Shown here: one piece after another, positions 1 to 8,799 of the stretch
Position numbering within the stretch: position 1 is the first letter of the stretch
Layout: every line of letters begins with the position of its first letter
NCBI GenBank assembly: GCA_014238855.1
Contig: JABAAH010000006.1
Location: 4,804 to 68,803 of the forward strand
Direction: 5' to 3'
DNA length: 64,000 bases
Origin: Planctomycetota bacterium
Lineage (GTDB): Bacteria; Planctomycetota; Planctomycetia; Pirellulales; UBA1268
The notes under the pieces: model-generated
Database searches by the model: none
What the model saw: only the letters and a program-made list of their open reading frames with translations
Told to the model about the DNA's origin: nothing
Made by a program: the position numbers and the translations under genes

Positions 1-87
1 GTGCCGGTTCGTGCGCAAGGCAGTTAGGTGCCCGGTTGCATCGATGAATTTTTTGCAAGTGCTATAAAGATATGGTGAATCCCTGAA

Positions 88-936
88 ATGAATCTACTTG
101 TTGATTTTCTTTGTCGCTTCAGTTTCGGGTTGGCGGTAGCCTTGTGCATCACTCCATCAACGCTTGTGCCAGGCGGGTTTTTTCGTGTGAATACCCTTGT
201 CTTACTTGGCCTCACAACATTTGCAGCACTTCTGTCAACGACGCTTGGTTTGTCGGTGAACATCTGGCTTTTGTCGACAGCTGCTTTTGTCGCTTGGTTT
301 GGAAGTGTGCTGTGGTATGCGGACCGACGGCTGGCAGGCCTTGTTTGTTGTGTCGTTGCGGCCACGCTCTGTGGCGTTGCCACTGTTCAGTTCGGTGAGT
401 CAACAATTGCCCAAGCTGGAACCCGAATGCTTTCAGGCTGCTTAATTGGGTTTACTGTGAACGCGATGCTTCTTGGGCACTGGTATCTCAATGCACCCGG
501 AATGCGGGTCGACGTGCTGCGTCGCTCGATTGATCAGACGTTGTTTATATGGGGGCTTTTATTTTGCTCGGTTGTAGCCATGGTTATTTGGCACTTTAGT
601 ACCGGTGAACACGCGAACGCCACGTTTTCCAGCAATATTTTTAGAGCGGTTACCTCGGCGACCTCTGGAGGGACCGGGAGCCTTGATGAGACCGGGTTGG
701 CGTTACTATGGCTTCGATGGCTTGCTGGACTTCTTGGATTGCCCGTACTTTTGTGGATGAGTCGTATGACTTTGGATATACCAAATACTCAAAGTGCAAC
801 AGGAATTCTTTATGTTGCATGCCTGGCTGTTATTTTGGGAGAGTTGACTGCACAACTTCTTGGCATGACGGCGGTACCTGAGAACATTGTTGGGCATCAA
901 AATCAAGAGAAAATACTGACTGAAGGTACAGCATGA
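88..936 (+). CDS. polytopic membrane protein, function unknown
   Basis: 282-aa ORF with about seven hydrophobic segments and no catalytic motif I recognise. Its stop overlaps the next start (ATGA at 933-936). Confidence 0.55.
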   Translation: MNLLVDFLCRFSFGLAVALCITPSTLVPGGFFRVNTLVLLGLTTFAALLSTTLGLSVNIWLLSTAAFVAWFGSVLWYADRRLAGLVCCVVAATLCGVATVQFGESTIAQAGTRMLSGCLIGFTVNAMLLGHWYLNAPGMRVDVLRRSIDQTLFIWGLLFCSVVAMVIWHFSTGEHANATFSSNIFRAVTSATSGGTGSLDETGLALLWLRWLAGLLGLPVLLWMSRMTLDIPNTQSATGILYVACLAVILGELTAQLLGMTAVPENIVGHQNQEKILTEGTA

Positions 937-1421
937 ATATTGTGTGCGCATGTCCGAACTGTAGTGCGGGTATTTATCAGTCCCATGTTGAAAAGTCTGT
1001 GTCGCTCACATGCACTGCATGTGAGCGAAGTATTACAATTCCGGATAACGCAATACAGGTCACCGCCGAAGATGCTCAGCCTCAACTGACTCGTTGTCTC
1101 ACTTGCCCGAGCACGGAGCTGTTTGTGAGAAAGAACTTTCCACAACGGCTGGGTGTTGGAATTGTGGTCGTTGGGCTTGCCATGAGTTGTGTCACGTGGG
1201 GGTACCGTGATTTATTCTCAACGTTTGCCATCCTATTTAGTACCGCATTGCTCGATGTGATTTTATTCTTTGTCGTCCCTGATTGTCTCACATGTTATCG
1301 CTGTGGATCGCGATACACCGGGACCGACGGAATGAGTGAGTTTGGGAACTTTAATCTCGAAACTCATGAAAAGTATCGGCAGCAGGCTGCAAGAGAGCAG
1401 CAATCAGTTCGTCTGTCCTGA
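933..1421 (+). CDS. zinc-ribbon membrane protein, function unknown
   Basis: 162-aa ORF with Cys pairs CPNC..CTAC, CLTC and C-terminal CLTCYRC, and two hydrophobic helices between them. ATGA-coupled to the upstream membrane ORF. Confidence 0.55.
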   Translation: MNIVCACPNCSAGIYQSHVEKSVSLTCTACERSITIPDNAIQVTAEDAQPQLTRCLTCPSTELFVRKNFPQRLGVGIVVVGLAMSCVTWGYRDLFSTFAILFSTALLDVILFFVVPDCLTCYRCGSRYTGTDGMSEFGNFNLETHEKYRQQAAREQQSVRLS

Positions 1422-1523
1422 AAAAAGTGGATTGTGAATGGATAGGAGGAGGTCGTGTGTGAAAAAAAACAGTCACTAGAAAATAGCAATTTCAAAACGG
1501 GCAGCATCATAGGAGAGGTTTCA

Positions 1524-1754
1524 GTGAAACTTTTTGCAGGCATGGCCGAATCAGCTGGAACAAAAGAACTCCGTGTTTCTGTTAAGCAATATACGGTCGC
1601 AGGCGTTCGATGTGCTCTAGAAGCAAGGTTGCCGCAGGCGGCGTCATTACTGTCTCGGAGTGCTATTGCTGTTGATGGTCGTTATGGAACAGAAGACGAA
1701 ATCCTTCATTCACAATCAGAAATAGCTGTAATCCCACCGGTTAGTGGAGGGTAG
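1524..1754 (+). CDS. moaD: molybdopterin synthase sulfur carrier subunit MoaD
   Basis: In-frame GTG at 1524 preceded by GGAGAG. The 76-aa product ends in PPVSGG, the Gly-Gly tail of MoaD/ThiS carriers, and moaE follows directly. The track start at 1455 looks like an over-extension. Confidence 0.75.
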   Translation: MKLFAGMAESAGTKELRVSVKQYTVAGVRCALEARLPQAASLLSRSAIAVDGRYGTEDEILHSQSEIAVIPPVSGG

Positions 1755-2235
1755 GCGTGTGTTTCAGTTTGATCTCACTGACAATCCAATTGATACGTCC
1801 CTCGTGCTCTCGACTGTTGTGAGTGAATATGCTGGAGCAAATGTGTTGTTTACAGGTACGACGCGGCAGGAAACGAATGGTGTTATCACAGACTGGCTTG
1901 AGTACGATGCATATAAACCGCTTGCAGAAAGAGAATGTATTCGGTTGTACGAACAAGCGGTCGGGAAGTTTAAGATCATTAAGTGTTCCATCGTTCATCG
2001 ACTAGGAAAAGTTTCTGTCGGTGAAGTAAGTATTGCCGTTGCTGTGTCCGCTGTTCATCGGGCTGAGGCCTTTGCGTCGGCATCGTGGCTGTTGGACAGA
2101 ATCAAGGAAAATGTTCCTGTCTGGAAACGGCAAATGAGTGACACTGACACTTTTTGGGTTCATCCAGAAGAAGAGCAAGACTCACCGCGAGATTTCAATG
2201 GATTTCCTCAGGAGTGTGACAATGACACGCCCTGA
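1744..2235 (+). CDS. moaE: molybdopterin synthase catalytic subunit MoaE
   Basis: 163-aa ORF with MoaE-like core (VGEVSIAVAVSAVHRAEAF, VPVWK). Its start overlaps the moaD stop. An alternative GTG lies at 1759. Confidence 0.8.
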   Translation: MEGRRVFQFDLTDNPIDTSLVLSTVVSEYAGANVLFTGTTRQETNGVITDWLEYDAYKPLAERECIRLYEQAVGKFKIIKCSIVHRLGKVSVGEVSIAVAVSAVHRAEAFASASWLLDRIKENVPVWKRQMSDTDTFWVHPEEEQDSPRDFNGFPQECDNDTP

Positions 2236-3238
2236 GGTAGGTAAGCCCCCAAGTGTTCTTGTTGATCAGTTTGGGAGGCAGCATATCGATCTCCGAGTGA
2301 GCGTCACGGATCGATGTAATCTTCGGTGTACATACTGCATGCCGCTCGATGCGTCCTTTATGAGTCAGCAGAAACTTCTGAGCTTTGAAGAAGTGACAAG
2401 GTGTGTATGTGTCGCGTCTGAAATGGGTGTTCGGACTATTCGCTTAACGGGTGGTGAACCACTCATGCGACCGGATTTAAAGAGGCTTATTGAACAACTG
2501 ACGCGAGTGCCCGGAATCGAAGAAGTCGCTCTTACCACGAATGGCCTGCTGTTGGCTGACCAAGTTGCTGGGTTAGCTCAAGCTGGATTGTCTCGGCTCA
2601 ACGTGAGTCTTGATAGCCTTGATGAAAGTCGTTTCGAAAAAATTGCTCGACGTTCGGGGCTTCAGAGAATTCTAGAAGGACTTGAAGAAGCTGTTCGGCA
2701 GGGGTTTCGATCGATTCGGATCAATGCGGTGTCGATTCGTGGGCTCACTGAGCAAGAAATTGTGCCACTCGCAGTATTTTGTCGAGAGCATGGGTTTCAC
2801 TTGAGATTCATCGAATTCATGCCACTCGATGCAGAGGATGCATGGTCTCGTAAACATGTTTTAACGGGGCGAGAAGTTCACCAAATACTTGAGGTGCACG
2901 TTGGTCAACTCAAACGGAGTGAATCAGAAGATTCAGGGCAGCCTTCCGTTGACTATAGTTATGTCGATGGGCACGGAATCGTTGGATTCATAAATCCCGT
3001 TTCTCAGCCCTTTTGTGATCGCTGTGATAGATTGCGGCTTACTGCGGATGGGCAATTCAAGAATTGCCTTTTTTCAACAACGGATTGGGATGCTCGAGCA
3101 TTGTTGCGTGACGGTGGGACGGATAAAGATTTAGGTTTTCTCCTTGCTGCATGCGTGAATGCTAAACATTTTTCGCATGGAATTGGCACCGAATCTTTTG
3201 AGCGACCATCAAGGGCGATGTACCAAATTGGAGGGTGA
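2222..3238 (+). CDS. moaA: GTP 3',8-cyclase MoaA (radical SAM)
   Basis: CNLRCTYC radical SAM motif, GGEPL, and C-terminal CDRCDRLRLTADG second-cluster motif. ATG 2222 is chosen and overlaps moaE by 14 nt. The track start 2138 lies inside moaE. Confidence 0.9.
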   Translation: MTRPEVGKPPSVLVDQFGRQHIDLRVSVTDRCNLRCTYCMPLDASFMSQQKLLSFEEVTRCVCVASEMGVRTIRLTGGEPLMRPDLKRLIEQLTRVPGIEEVALTTNGLLLADQVAGLAQAGLSRLNVSLDSLDESRFEKIARRSGLQRILEGLEEAVRQGFRSIRINAVSIRGLTEQEIVPLAVFCREHGFHLRFIEFMPLDAEDAWSRKHVLTGREVHQILEVHVGQLKRSESEDSGQPSVDYSYVDGHGIVGFINPVSQPFCDRCDRLRLTADGQFKNCLFSTTDWDARALLRDGGTDKDLGFLLAACVNAKHFSHGIGTESFERPSRAMYQIGG

Positions 3239-3272
3239 GTAACCTTCAGAAAAATCGTACTGGAACAACGTA

Positions 3273-4442
3273 GTGAACAAAAAGGATGACCACCCACAAA
3301 GGCGATATCTCGATAACGCGGCAACCACCTGGCCAAAGCCAGAGGCTGTTTGGAAGGTGTGGGAACAGGCGGCGCGAGAAAATGGAGTGACAATAGGAAG
3401 GGGTGTCTATCGCGAAGCAATAGCCGCTGAAAATATTGTCCGTCAGTTGCGTCAGGACGTTGCAACATTAATGTGTGTTTCACCAGAAAGGATATGCCTG
3501 CCTTTTTCAGCGACTTTCGGATTAAACCAGGCTATCCATGGTGTGTTGAAGTGCGGAGATCATGTCATTGCAACTGCTGCTGACCATAACGCAACACTCC
3601 GACCCCTTCGTCATCTGGAGAAAAAAGGGCAGATTCATCTGACGATTGTTCCATGTGATATACGAGGCTGGGTTGATCCAGATGAAGTCGTCCGAGCATG
3701 GCAGGCGAATACACGACTCGTCGCCTTGTCTCACGCGTCGAATGTTACTGGTGTTGTTCAAGATGTAAAAACAATTGTCAATATGACGAGAGAGCGGGAA
3801 GCAATCTCGCTACTCGATGCTTCCCAGTCACTTGGTCAGGTACCGTTTTCTCGAGATCTGCCAACAGCTGATATTGTTGTTTCGCCAGGTCACAAGTGGC
3901 TTTTGGGGATGCATGGAACGGCTGTTCTCTATGTGCGACAAGGAATTTGTTTTGAGCCACTTATCCAAGGAGGTACTGGTTTAAAAAGTGATTCTCTTGA
4001 TATGCCTGTCGAGACCCGAGATTTGATTGAAGTAGGAACACTCGACCTCCCAGCGGTTGCAGCACTTGGGGCAGGTTGTAATTGGCTTCATGAAAAGGGA
4101 GTGGAGTCAGTTGCCTTGGCTTGCAGAGAACTTGCGCAGGCATGCTACGATGGTCTTCGTGATATTCAGGGTGTTCGTCTTATAACAACCGACCCATCGG
4201 AAGGTAGTATCGGACCACCGATTATCAGTATGGTATGTGACGGATATTCGCCTCCTGAAGTTGCAGTCATGCTTGAGCAAATTGCTGGTGTTCAGGTACG
4301 TTCAGGGTATCACTGTGCTGCATGCATCCATGAATTCCTAGGGACCACACAAGGCGGAACAGTGCGTGTCTCATTCGGTCCATTCAGTGATATCAGTGAC
4401 GTTGACGCTGTTGTCTCAGCAATGAAGAAGATAATGTTATAG
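3273..4442 (+). CDS. class V aminotransferase, cysteine desulfurase/selenocysteine lyase family
   Basis: N-terminal YLDNAATTWP, PLP-lysine region SPGHKW, and active-site loop RSGYHCAA typical of the SufS/CsdA-like fold. Confidence 0.8.
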   Translation: MNKKDDHPQRRYLDNAATTWPKPEAVWKVWEQAARENGVTIGRGVYREAIAAENIVRQLRQDVATLMCVSPERICLPFSATFGLNQAIHGVLKCGDHVIATAADHNATLRPLRHLEKKGQIHLTIVPCDIRGWVDPDEVVRAWQANTRLVALSHASNVTGVVQDVKTIVNMTREREAISLLDASQSLGQVPFSRDLPTADIVVSPGHKWLLGMHGTAVLYVRQGICFEPLIQGGTGLKSDSLDMPVETRDLIEVGTLDLPAVAALGAGCNWLHEKGVESVALACRELAQACYDGLRDIQGVRLITTDPSEGSIGPPIISMVCDGYSPPEVAVMLEQIAGVQVRSGYHCAACIHEFLGTTQGGTVRVSFGPFSDISDVDAVVSAMKKIML

Positions 4443-4461
4443 AGTGCGTAAAAGGAGATGA

Positions 4462-4890
4462 ATGATGGCAGGTGTAAGAGGTGAGGCTTGGTATTCAGAA
4501 GGTCTTCGCTTTGAATGTACCCAGTGTGGAGACTGCTGTACTGGCGCGGAGGGGTATGTCTGGGTCAATCAGGCTGAAATCGATGCGATGTCTGCACGGC
4601 TGGGAATGGATTCCAATGTGTTCGAAGCACAATTTGTTCGACGAATAGGTGTTCGCAGATCACTCACAGAACGGCCAGGTGGTGACTGTGTGCTGCTTGA
4701 TCCCGCAACTCGTGGATGTACGGTGTATAACGATCGTCCACGGCAGTGCCGTACCTGGCCATTTTGGGATTCGAATCTCAAGTCACCAGCAGCCTGGGAC
4801 GAAGCCGCTCAGGGTTGCCCAGGATGTAACAAAGGCAACCTTGTGCCGCTCGAAAAAATCAAGGAGCAGGCGTCGAAGATACGAATTTAG
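4462..4890 (+). CDS. YkgJ/UPF0153 family cysteine-cluster protein
   Basis: 142 aa with the CTQCGDCC (CxxCxxCC) signature plus downstream Cys residues (CTVY, CRTWPFW), as in YkgJ-type putative Fe-S/zinc proteins. Confidence 0.7.
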   Translation: MMAGVRGEAWYSEGLRFECTQCGDCCTGAEGYVWVNQAEIDAMSARLGMDSNVFEAQFVRRIGVRRSLTERPGGDCVLLDPATRGCTVYNDRPRQCRTWPFWDSNLKSPAAWDEAAQGCPGCNKGNLVPLEKIKEQASKIRI

Positions 4891-4916
4891 GAATTGGCTT
4901 GGTTTTTAATAATTAA

Positions 4917-4944
4917 ACCCGGATTGGCAAACCCGGATTGGCAA
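4917..4944. repeat. 14-bp direct tandem repeat x2 (acccggattggcaa)
   Basis: Read directly: acccggattggcaa acccggattggcaa, just downstream of the ykgJ-like stop. Confidence 0.9.
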
Positions 4945-4978
4945 AAAACGGATCGTCCTAGCCAAACAGGGTGTCTGT

Positions 4979-5053
4979 TAAGCCAGACACTCGTAAGCCA
5001 GACATTCGTAAGCCAGACATTCGTAAGCCAGACATTCGTAAGCCAGACACTCG
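4979..5053. repeat. 15-bp tandem repeat x5 (taagccagacaYtcg)
   Basis: Five head-to-tail copies. The outer copies carry C and the inner three carry T at the variable position. gtgtctg at 4971-4977 is the inverted complement of cagacac. The array lies in a convergent intergenic gap. Confidence 0.95.
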
Positions 5054-5086
5054 TGCGTCGTAAAGATACTCCACGAATATCTGTTA

Positions 5087-5344
5087 TCAGAGCACGCCAC
5101 CATGAGTTCTATACGGTGTCATGTGAGATGGTTGGTCGAGAAACCAGATGCGTTCCCACTCATCGGTAATCGCTCTGAGATCTTCCGAAGTGTAAATTAG
5201 TTGTTGGGCTCTTCGGACTGGATCGCCAGAATACATAGGTATGAGGCACCCCGTATTAGTCGCAACGAGAATTCCCATGAGGAAAAGTACGATAAATTTC
5301 AGGCCGATATCCCACGTACCGCTTCGGGTATTGTTGGTATTCAT
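5087..5344 (-). CDS. small putative lipoprotein, function unknown
   Basis: 85-aa ORF with a hydrophobic N-terminal segment ending in a lipobox-like LVATNTGC. No homologue that I recognise. Confidence 0.45.
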   Translation of the reverse strand: MNTNNTRSGTWDIGLKFIVLFLMGILVATNTGCLIPMYSGDPVRRAQQLIYTSEDLRAITDEWERIWFLDQPSHMTPYRTHGGVL

Positions 5345-5624
5345 CGTGCCATACTCCCTGTATCAGTTATGTTTCTTGTCTCAGTCAACTGCACAAACGT
5401 CTTGTACGAATCGATTCCTTGAACTCTGAATCGATCAGCCACGCTCTGGTGACTGTTTTCTGCCCAATGACTAGACTTTCCTAATATGTTTCTTTGACTA
5501 TGTACCGAGCAAAGCATCCCAGTGCGATGGTAAAAATTTTCATACCGAAAACGGTTTGGCTGGGAAATGTAGGTAGTATCGAGTGGTTTGATTGTCCCAA
5601 GTTCAGCGTGGTAAATTGACAGAT

Positions 5625-5921
5625 TTAGGAAGATTGCGGCTCGTCGAGCTCTCTTACCCGCGCATCCATTTCCTTGCCGGGCTTGAAACTTACAAAACAG
5701 CGAGGTGGGACGTTGACGACATCCCCCGTCCGAGGATTCCTGCCTACCCGACCGGCTCTTCGTTTGATTTGAAAAACTCCAAAATTCCGGAGTTCGACTC
5801 GGCCTTCTTTGACGAGCGTTGTGATCAGCGCGTCGAATGTAGTTTGAACAGCTTCCTGCGCTTTTGCCTTCGGAAGATCTAACCGTTCGGAAATTACTCG
5901 TACGATGTCTTGTTTGGTCAC
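5625..5921 (-). CDS. HU/IHF family DNA-binding protein
   Basis: 98 aa with the typical bacterial histone-like pattern (GRVELRNFGVFQIKRRAGRVGRNPRTGDVVNVP, proline-tipped beta-arm). Confidence 0.9.
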   Translation of the reverse strand: MTKQDIVRVISERLDLPKAKAQEAVQTTFDALITTLVKEGRVELRNFGVFQIKRRAGRVGRNPRTGDVVNVPPRCFVSFKPGKEMDARVRELDEPQSS

Positions 5922-6298
5922 GACTTCGACACTCCAGTCGTGTAGATAGGGCTGGAAATTTTCGTTTTAACGCCATCTGAACACTTCGTGCTGCCAATGT
6001 CTCGGAAATTCTCATCCGTCCGTGAGGGACCATAATAGGGCTTCAGTTGTGTTGTTCATGAGAATTGGTGCTTGCGAAAAGGCAACATTGCCTTTGTTCA
6101 CTCCTCCTATCGACCTAAAATTCGGAATTCTTGAACCAGAACGCATATTCAGTAGAAAAATAAAAACTTGCCTATTTTTCCTATCTGGCGACGTCTTCTG
6201 TAGTTTGCCCCTGCGGTACACTGAAGAAATGACGCGGACTGATAGGTTTCAGTGGTGCTACCAAATAACGACGATCCACGAAGTGTTGTAAAACGACG

Positions 6299-7258
6299 AT
6301 GACCATATCCCCACCTCCAGTGCTCCCAGATTTGACTGTCAAACTCGGGCGGCTTTCGATACCAAACCCCATCATGGTTGCGTCAGGAACGTTTGGGTAT
6401 GCCAATGAGATGAAGGATTTTGTCCCACTGCATCGACTTGGTGGGGTTGTGCCAAAAACAATTACTGTTTTGCCACGAGTTGGAAACCGTCCGTGGCGTA
6501 CTATCGAGACTGCCGCTGGATTGCTGAATTCAATCGGCCTGGATAACGATGGTATTGATCAGTTTGTCCTGAGCAAACTTCCGTTTCTTCAATCGTGCGG
6601 TGCACCTGTAGTTGTGAGTATTGCGGGTGGGTCGGTCGACGAGTTTGTTCTTCTTGCTGAAAAGCTTGACAGCGAAACTGGAATTGCTGCGATTGAATTA
6701 AATATCTCTTGTCCTAACGTAAGCCATGGTGTTGATTTTGCGACGGATCCGCATCTTTGTAAAGAAGTGGTGGAGGGCGTACGCAATGCTACTCAATTAC
6801 CAGTCATAGCAAAGCTCACACCGAACGTGACAGATATTACAGTCATTGCTCAGGCAGCAGCTGATGGTGGAGCTGATGCTGTGACGCTCATTAACACATG
6901 TCAGGGAATAGCAGTTGACTGGCGAAAGCAGCGAACACTTTTAGGCAACGGCATTGGTGGTTTGAGTGGGCCAGCAATCAAACCCATCGCTTTACGTTGT
7001 GTGCATCAGGTCTACAAGAGTGTCAGAATACCCATAATTGGTGTTGGTGGCATTATGACAACCGATGATTGTATGGAATTCTTCATTGCCGGCGCTTCAG
7101 CGATACAAATCGGAACTGCAAGTTTTGCTGAGCCTGTTGTTACGGGTCGGATTTTGGATGAACTTCCTGCGGCAGTGAACTCACTTGGGGCGTCGGAACT
7201 TCAAGCAATCGTTGGTAGTCTAAGAGTCGGTGAACCTGCCCGAACGTCAAAAAAGTAA
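6299..7258 (+). CDS. pyrD: dihydroorotate dehydrogenase, class 1 catalytic subunit
   Basis: 319 aa. NPIMVASGTFGY, IELNISCPN (class 1 active-site Cys) and GGLSGPAIKPIALR FMN-binding motifs. Confidence 0.9.
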   Translation: MTISPPPVLPDLTVKLGRLSIPNPIMVASGTFGYANEMKDFVPLHRLGGVVPKTITVLPRVGNRPWRTIETAAGLLNSIGLDNDGIDQFVLSKLPFLQSCGAPVVVSIAGGSVDEFVLLAEKLDSETGIAAIELNISCPNVSHGVDFATDPHLCKEVVEGVRNATQLPVIAKLTPNVTDITVIAQAAADGGADAVTLINTCQGIAVDWRKQRTLLGNGIGGLSGPAIKPIALRCVHQVYKSVRIPIIGVGGIMTTDDCMEFFIAGASAIQIGTASFAEPVVTGRILDELPAAVNSLGASELQAIVGSLRVGEPARTSKK

Positions 7259-7334
7259 TTCTCATACAGGTCATACAGCGAAGAGAATTATCCTTGATGT
7301 ATTCAGGCTGTCATGCTGACAGGTAAGGAAAGAA

Positions 7335-8372
7335 GTGAAGATGAATTCTGGCATGCAATCTCAATCAAATCCTGCAGCAAGACTTCGGGCGCTCTCAGGC
7401 ATTCAACCAACTGGCCGATTTCACTGGGGGAATTACTTTGGAGCAATTCGGCAATACATCGAATTGCAGGATGTAGGAGAAGCATTTTATTTCATTGCTG
7501 ACTTGCACGCACTCACTACGGTTCGAGAGCCTGACCGACTTCGAGGTTTTGTCAGAGATGCTGCTATTGATCTGGTGGCTCTAGGTCTCGATCCGGAGCG
7601 AGCGACCCTCTTTGTTCAGTCAGATGTGCCTGAAGTTGCTGAGCTCACCTGGCTGTTAATGACCGTGGCACCGATGGGACTCTTGGAGCGATGTCATGCG
7701 TATAAAGATAAAAAGGCAAAGGGGTTAGCGGCTGATGCTGGCCTTTTTACGTATCCAGTTCTTATGGCGGCTGACATTCTGGCGTACGATGCAGATGTCG
7801 TTCCAGTTGGTGAAGATCAGGTGCAACACATTGAGGTTTGTCGAGATCTAGCAGGTACGTTTAATCATCTTTACGGCACTGATGTGTTTCGTCTTCCAAA
7901 GCCACGGCTTGTTGACGGTGCAGCAAAAGTACCGGGCACTGACGGGCAGAAGATGTCAAAAAGCTATGAGAACACGATCGAGCTATTTGAAGAGCAGGCA
8001 GCACAAAAAAAGAAAATCATGCGAATCACAACAGATTCGCGGCCGATGGAAGCTTCCAAAAATCCTGAGCAGGATCATCTGTACCAGCTTTTTTCACTCG
8101 TAGGTTCACCGGAAGACGTTTCTGAAATGGCAGAACTCTATCAGCGTGGAGGGTTTGGATACGGTGAAGTAAAAAAAGCGATTGTTGCGGCAGCAAAAGA
8201 TACTTTCGCTACGGCACGAGAAAGACGACGCAAGCTTGAATCGAACGCGCACGAAATAGATGAGATTCTTGCAGTTGGTGCAAAACGAGCGAGGGCCGTT
8301 GCCGGTCATGTTCTTGAACGTGCTCGCGAAGCATGCGGGCTGAGTCGTTCAAGTGGGCGGAGGCCTGAATAA
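7335..8372 (+). CDS. trpS: tryptophan--tRNA ligase
   Basis: [15 protein letters not shown] (HIGH-type motif) and KMSKS both present. 345 aa. Confidence 0.95.
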   Translation: MKMNSGMQSQSNPAARLRALSGIQPTGRFHWGNYFGAIRQYIELQDVGEAFYFIADLHALTTVREPDRLRGFVRDAAIDLVALGLDPERATLFVQSDVPEVAELTWLLMTVAPMGLLERCHAYKDKKAKGLAADAGLFTYPVLMAADILAYDADVVPVGEDQVQHIEVCRDLAGTFNHLYGTDVFRLPKPRLVDGAAKVPGTDGQKMSKSYENTIELFEEQAAQKKKIMRITTDSRPMEASKNPEQDHLYQLFSLVGSPEDVSEMAELYQRGGFGYGEVKKAIVAAAKDTFATARERRRKLESNAHEIDEILAVGAKRARAVAGHVLERAREACGLSRSSGRRPE

Positions 8373-8791
8373 TGAACGTGCTCGGGGTTGGTACTGACAT
8401 TACAGAATGCCTACGGATAGGCAAGATGATTGAACGGCACGGTGAACTCTTTGTGCAGCGAGTGTATACGCCAAAGGAAATCGAATATTGTCGAGGTCGT
8501 CGGATGGCAATGCAGCATTTCGCCGGCCGTTGGGCAGCGAAAGAGGCGATCATGAAGTCACTCGGTACTGGGTGGAGGCAAGGTATAAGTTGGCGTGACA
8601 TTGAGGTGGTCAATGGTGTTACCGGAAGACCTGTGGCAACTCTCATGGGCGGCACACACGACTTGGCTGAACGAATGGGAATTGGTGGCGTACTTGTAAG
8701 TATTTCTCATTGCCGTACACACGCAACTGCTCACGCGATTGCAGTAAGTCAGATGCCGGCGACATTCGATCAGGATATGCCTTGGGAGTAG
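8372..8791 (+). CDS. acpS: holo-[acyl-carrier-protein] synthase
   Basis: 139 aa. GVGTDITEC start motif and FAGRWAAKEA helix typical of AcpS. The start shares one base with the trpS stop. Confidence 0.85.
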   Translation: MNVLGVGTDITECLRIGKMIERHGELFVQRVYTPKEIEYCRGRRMAMQHFAGRWAAKEAIMKSLGTGWRQGISWRDIEVVNGVTGRPVATLMGGTHDLAERMGIGGVLVSISHCRTHATAHAIAVSQMPATFDQDMPWE

Positions 8792-8799
8792 GCATGGAA

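Noticed and set aside
1422-1523. Moco riboswitch upstream of moaD
   Set aside because: The leader is only about 100 nt, is A-rich and lacks the paired, GC-rich helices I would expect. I could not fold a convincing aptamer by eye.
4979-5053. Possibility that the tandem arrays (here, at 30547-30623 and at 53866-53915) are CRISPR arrays
   Set aside because: The units are head-to-tail with no unique spacers, are only 15-17 bp long, and no cas genes are present.
4894-5169. 91-aa ORF with SQTFVSQTFV repeats
   Set aside because: The periodic peptide is simply the 15-bp DNA tandem repeat translated. It has no start context or homology.
5341-6033. 230-aa minus-strand ORF
   Set aside because: It overlaps the clearly recognisable HU/IHF gene (5625-5921) in another frame, and its product is Arg/Ser-rich with no motif. 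The HU frame is the real one.
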